Below, piece after piece: positions 60,611-64,000 of a stretch of 64,000 bases of DNA. The DNA comes from Oculina patagonica (Eukaryota). The translations under genes were made by a program, and so were the position numbers. Below the pieces are notes generated by a model. It was not told the DNA's origin. It did not search any database and was given only the letters and a program-made list of their open reading frames with translations. Within the stretch, counting starts at the first letter, position 1, and the number at the start of each line of letters is the position of its first letter. Location of the stretch: assembly GCF_052425735.1 (NCBI RefSeq), contig NC_135765.1, positions 14,260,001-14,324,000 of the forward strand, written 5' to 3'.

Positions 60611-60806
60611 AAGGAGCATGGGACAAAAGCATGTTTTAGGGAATAGAGAACACCAAAATCGAAGAAATACTCTTAGAGGACGCGAATACAAGGCAAGTTT
60701 TGGTGGGAACGGGGAACATGGACCTCCCCTGGGAGGCTCTCATAGCTGAAAGTTTCAATTCAGATGATAATCCAGTCCGCACGCGGTTTCGCTAAAGCGT
60801 AAAGTG

Positions 60807-61101
60807 CCCGGGGGGGGGGGGGGGACTCCCATATGAAACGGACGGGGATGCTCGTTGGAAATTTTGAAAAGAACCCCTAAAAGAGACCAATCTGGGTGTG
60901 GCTCAAAAACTAAGAATGGAGTTTATATTTGTATATTTCTTCGTGTGTAACCCTAAACGAGACCATTATGGCTAAAAATATTGGCGTTTTGGGCGTTTTT
61001 TCCCGGAACACCCTAAGCGAGACCAAAAGTCCGAAATTTACACCCCTAAGCGAGACGACGAGCATCCCCGTCACTTTCATATGCGAGTCCCCCCCTCGGG
61101 G
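60807..61101. mobile_element. MITE with CCCGGGG-type termini
   Basis: cccggg(g)nactcccatatgaaacggacggggatgctcgt...acgagcatccccgtcactttcatatgcgagtccccccctcggg. Confidence 0.8.
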
Positions 61102-61249
61102 TAAAGTGGAATTCGTTATTTGAAGCAAATTTGTTAGAATGCTACGAAAACAATAAGATGGTAGCTGATTCGGCCTTTGACCTTATCAACTATTACCTCA
61201 GAAATCTCGAGCTTATAATCTGATTGTTTACAAGAAGGCCCTCGAACGA

Positions 61250-61505
61250 TACCCTGGGTATAAGTACCAGAGGATTTTTCTCGCGGCGGTAGCCTGCGTA
61301 GCAGGCGTCTGTGTAGTTTTCAGCGCGTTTAATACGCGCGCTACAAAAACTACTCAGACGCCTGCTAGACTGCTACGCAGGCTATCGCGGCGGTGGATAC
61401 TTCGGCGGCCGAAGACCATCGCCACGAGTGTTTTTCGCGCGGGTCACAATAGAGAGATGACCGACACCGGAAACCGCGCAAAAAAATCCTCTGGCACCCA
61501 GGGTA
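61250..61505. mobile_element. MITE (TACCCTGGGT..CCAGAGG termini) carrying a nested hairpin MITE at 61290..61384
   Basis: Outer TACCCTGGGT...accagaggattttt / aaaaatcctctggcACCCAGGGTA. Inner TAGCCTGCGTAGCAG...CTGCTACGCAGGCTA, flanked by a perfect 9-bp duplication TCGCGGCGG. Confidence 0.88.
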
Positions 61506-63050
61506 TCGAAACGAGCGCTTCTGCGTCGTCTGAAAATTTGACTTGCGTGAAACAAACCATCAATAAATCAATGTTATCGATATTTCGTGTGTAACAAATT
61601 TTCACTGGATTATGCTAAAATTATAAGACTGCTCGTTTTCGGTTTCTAACGACCTACTGTACATACAGTTTTGTTGGGAGTAAGAGTCAGTCAGTCGTTT
61701 GATCAGAATGTATCGTAATAAAGTAATCTGAGTGTATTATTGCAAATTACAACCTGTGTTAGGTCAGATACCAAAAAAAAAAGCTAAAAAAACTCTTTGG
61801 ATGTGGCCATATTAAGATATGCGGGAACTCATTACTCATTTCACGCAGTGAGTGCACTGTGGTAACAAAGGAACATACCGACAACCCGACGTAACCAATC
61901 GAACGTTCGGTGATCGAGCCCAATCGAAGTCATCGAACAACAATCGTTGTTGTTCGATTGGGTTCGGTAATCGAACACAGTCGAACTCACAATAAAATTT
62001 GGTCAATCGAACAAAATCGAACGTGGTCAAAGGCATTCGCTACCCTACCTAAAGACCAATCGAAATCATTCGGAAACATGCCACTTCAGTTTTGACTTAT
62101 TCGTCTGTCGATGGAATTATATTTGCAAGATCCCGTTTAGTCAAATTACAAGTTTTACTTTCATACCTGGAGAGAATTCACTAATTCGTTCCCATGTCAC
62201 TCAATCACCGGAAACTACATCCCAAATCGGGGGTAAAACTGCAGTTCTTGATTCAGTGAAGAAATTCGAGGGAAACTGCGAGTTTTGGTTCGAGCCTTTA
62301 TATTGGGATGTTCAAAACATCGAGGTTTAGAGAAGTCAGGATTCCACTGAAAAGGGTATATTTTTAGGTATTAACGTCACTGAGGAACTCCGGAAGATAG
62401 GCACGGAAACTTCCCTCCTCTCCTGAGTGTAATTATACGCGGACCTTCTCTTTTAGTGTTTTGTCGTCAACAGTTCTCATAAGTTGGTGCTTGACAGGTC
62501 AAGATTAAACGAATTTGGCCCGAATTGTTTCAAAGCAGTCGCCAGCCTGGCTTAATTAAGACGAACTGAGAACAATCGGCAACAGGACACACCAGTTATT
62601 AATCCAAGAATGAAGGTTTTGACCCATTCGTTGTTTTTCTGTCGTTTGATTTTTATTTGCAAGATCACGTTTAGGTTAATTTCTACCTACCTGAAAATCA
62701 AGCAGATCTCACAGCAGCCAACGAAAGAGAAGTCGTTCAAAGTCCCGGTTCAAATTGTAGTGCAAATGATACTTCCGCAGCAAGCTATAAGACGAGTTAA
62801 AGGTGTCACTATTGAAACCTGATTCGACGGCAAGCGTTTAAGTGTCAGGCCACAATTCGTGGAATTCATCGCTGATAGCTGATAACACCTTTGTGATTAT
62901 ATTCGAAATGTGTTTCATCGGATCCACGTTTTCTACGAAATAAATTACCCTTTTTACGTAAACATAAGTTATGGGGAAAAATACTGTAAAGTTTCGAAAG
63001 TCAGGATCGATCCTCGTTTAATACTTTCGGATTAAACATCCCACAGGGAT

Positions 63051-63136
63051 TAGCCTGCGAACGAATACAGCCGCCTCTCATTCGCTCCCGCACGTAGTAG
63101 TGGGAGCGAATGAGAGGCAACTGTTTTCGCAGGCTA
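63051..63136. mobile_element. Short hairpin MITE (TAGCCTGCG family)
   Basis: tagcctgcgaa...gcctctcattcgctccc / gggagcgaatgagaggc...ttcgcaggcta; imperfect flanks ..agggat on both sides. Confidence 0.75.
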
Positions 63137-63344
63137 CCTAGGGATACTCCAGTCAACTTTTGGCAGCTTGATCAGAGTGAAGTGTGGGCTAAATGTATAC
63201 TTTTGTTGAAAAGTTACTGTGAGCATACGAAAGCTGTACCCTTTTTCATGCTTTTGAAATCGTCCCCAGTGTAGTTTGCTTTGATCATCTTTTCACAGAA
63301 TTCTTCGCTTCAGATGCGTTCTCACCGCATTATGCTTCAGACTA

Positions 63345-63575
63345 TTACAAGGGGTAAAAGTGACAAGCGACATGACCCTGAAAACGGGCGACACGGAACA
63401 TTTTAAAAGCGACAAGCGACATCATGACAGCACTGAAATGCGACAGCGACACAATGCAACAGCAAAACAATGGGGTAAAAAACGACAGCGACATTTACCG
63501 CTGTTAGCTTGGCGACATGGGTTGTCAGAAACATGCGACATTGCGACACGGCTACCCCCCTTGGAAGGCCTCATT
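63345..63575. repeat. gcgaca-rich degenerate MITE-like repeat
   Basis: Multiple gcgaca motifs between caaggggta and tacccccc ttg termini. Confidence 0.5.
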
Positions 63576-64000
63576 AAAAGGACAATGGCTTTATCGTGTG
63601 ATATTTATGAAGGCATTATTTAAAGGGGTTATGCGTGACGTGTGATTTGGGCAAAAATAAGCGCGTGACAGCTCAAATCTGGCCGTGATCCTTAATTTTC
63701 CGGTCTAGTATGAATGTTGATTGCTTTTTGAGGACCGTGATTTGTGAATCAAGCTGACTGAGCACGTCCGTGAAGCCGAAGACAGATTAACTCAAACATC
63801 AATTTTTCAATTTTCAATTTTTGTTGCTGGCGATTCGCGCTCTGTTAACTCGAATTGTAGGCAAGTCTACAAAATTAACAAAGGTTCAATCTTGAAGCCA
63901 AAGACTAATTTTGTTTAACCCTTTCACTCCTATTAAAACGCGCACTTACGCGCTATTTGGAGGTGCAGTCATTGATTCACTTGTGACGTCATCAATTAGC

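Overview
AT-rich eukaryotic genomic DNA with spliceosomal GT-AG introns and many MITEs, SINEs and satellites. The repeat families suggest a cnidarian, probably a stony coral (inference, not verified). The window is dominated by a birth-and-death cluster of secreted M35 (aspzincin; LysN/AsaP1-like) zinc metalloproteases. I rebuilt four genes with two coding exons each, all sharing a phase-2 intron after a signal-peptide exon that the ORF track misses. Gene A (+, 378 aa) and gene D (+, 374 aa) are pre-pro-M35. Gene C (+, 583 aa) is pre-pro-M35 fused to four hemopexin-like blades. Gene B (-, 192 aa) has a signal peptide and propeptide only, with no catalytic domain. At least four decayed M35/hemopexin fragments are also present. 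B and C are head-to-head and share an inverted-duplicated candidate promoter/non-coding first-exon block, and B is preceded by about five homologous such modules. A three-exon secreted DNA/RNA non-specific endonuclease gene (-, 324 aa) lies at the right end. Mobile and repeat content includes a decayed Helitron Rep, a long-TIR element carrying a PIF1 helicase fragment, an inverted 1.3-kb repeat array, a 2.08-kb higher-order tandem repeat, two minisatellites, and several MITEs and tRNA-derived SINEs. All alignments and identities were judged by eye; no searches were run.
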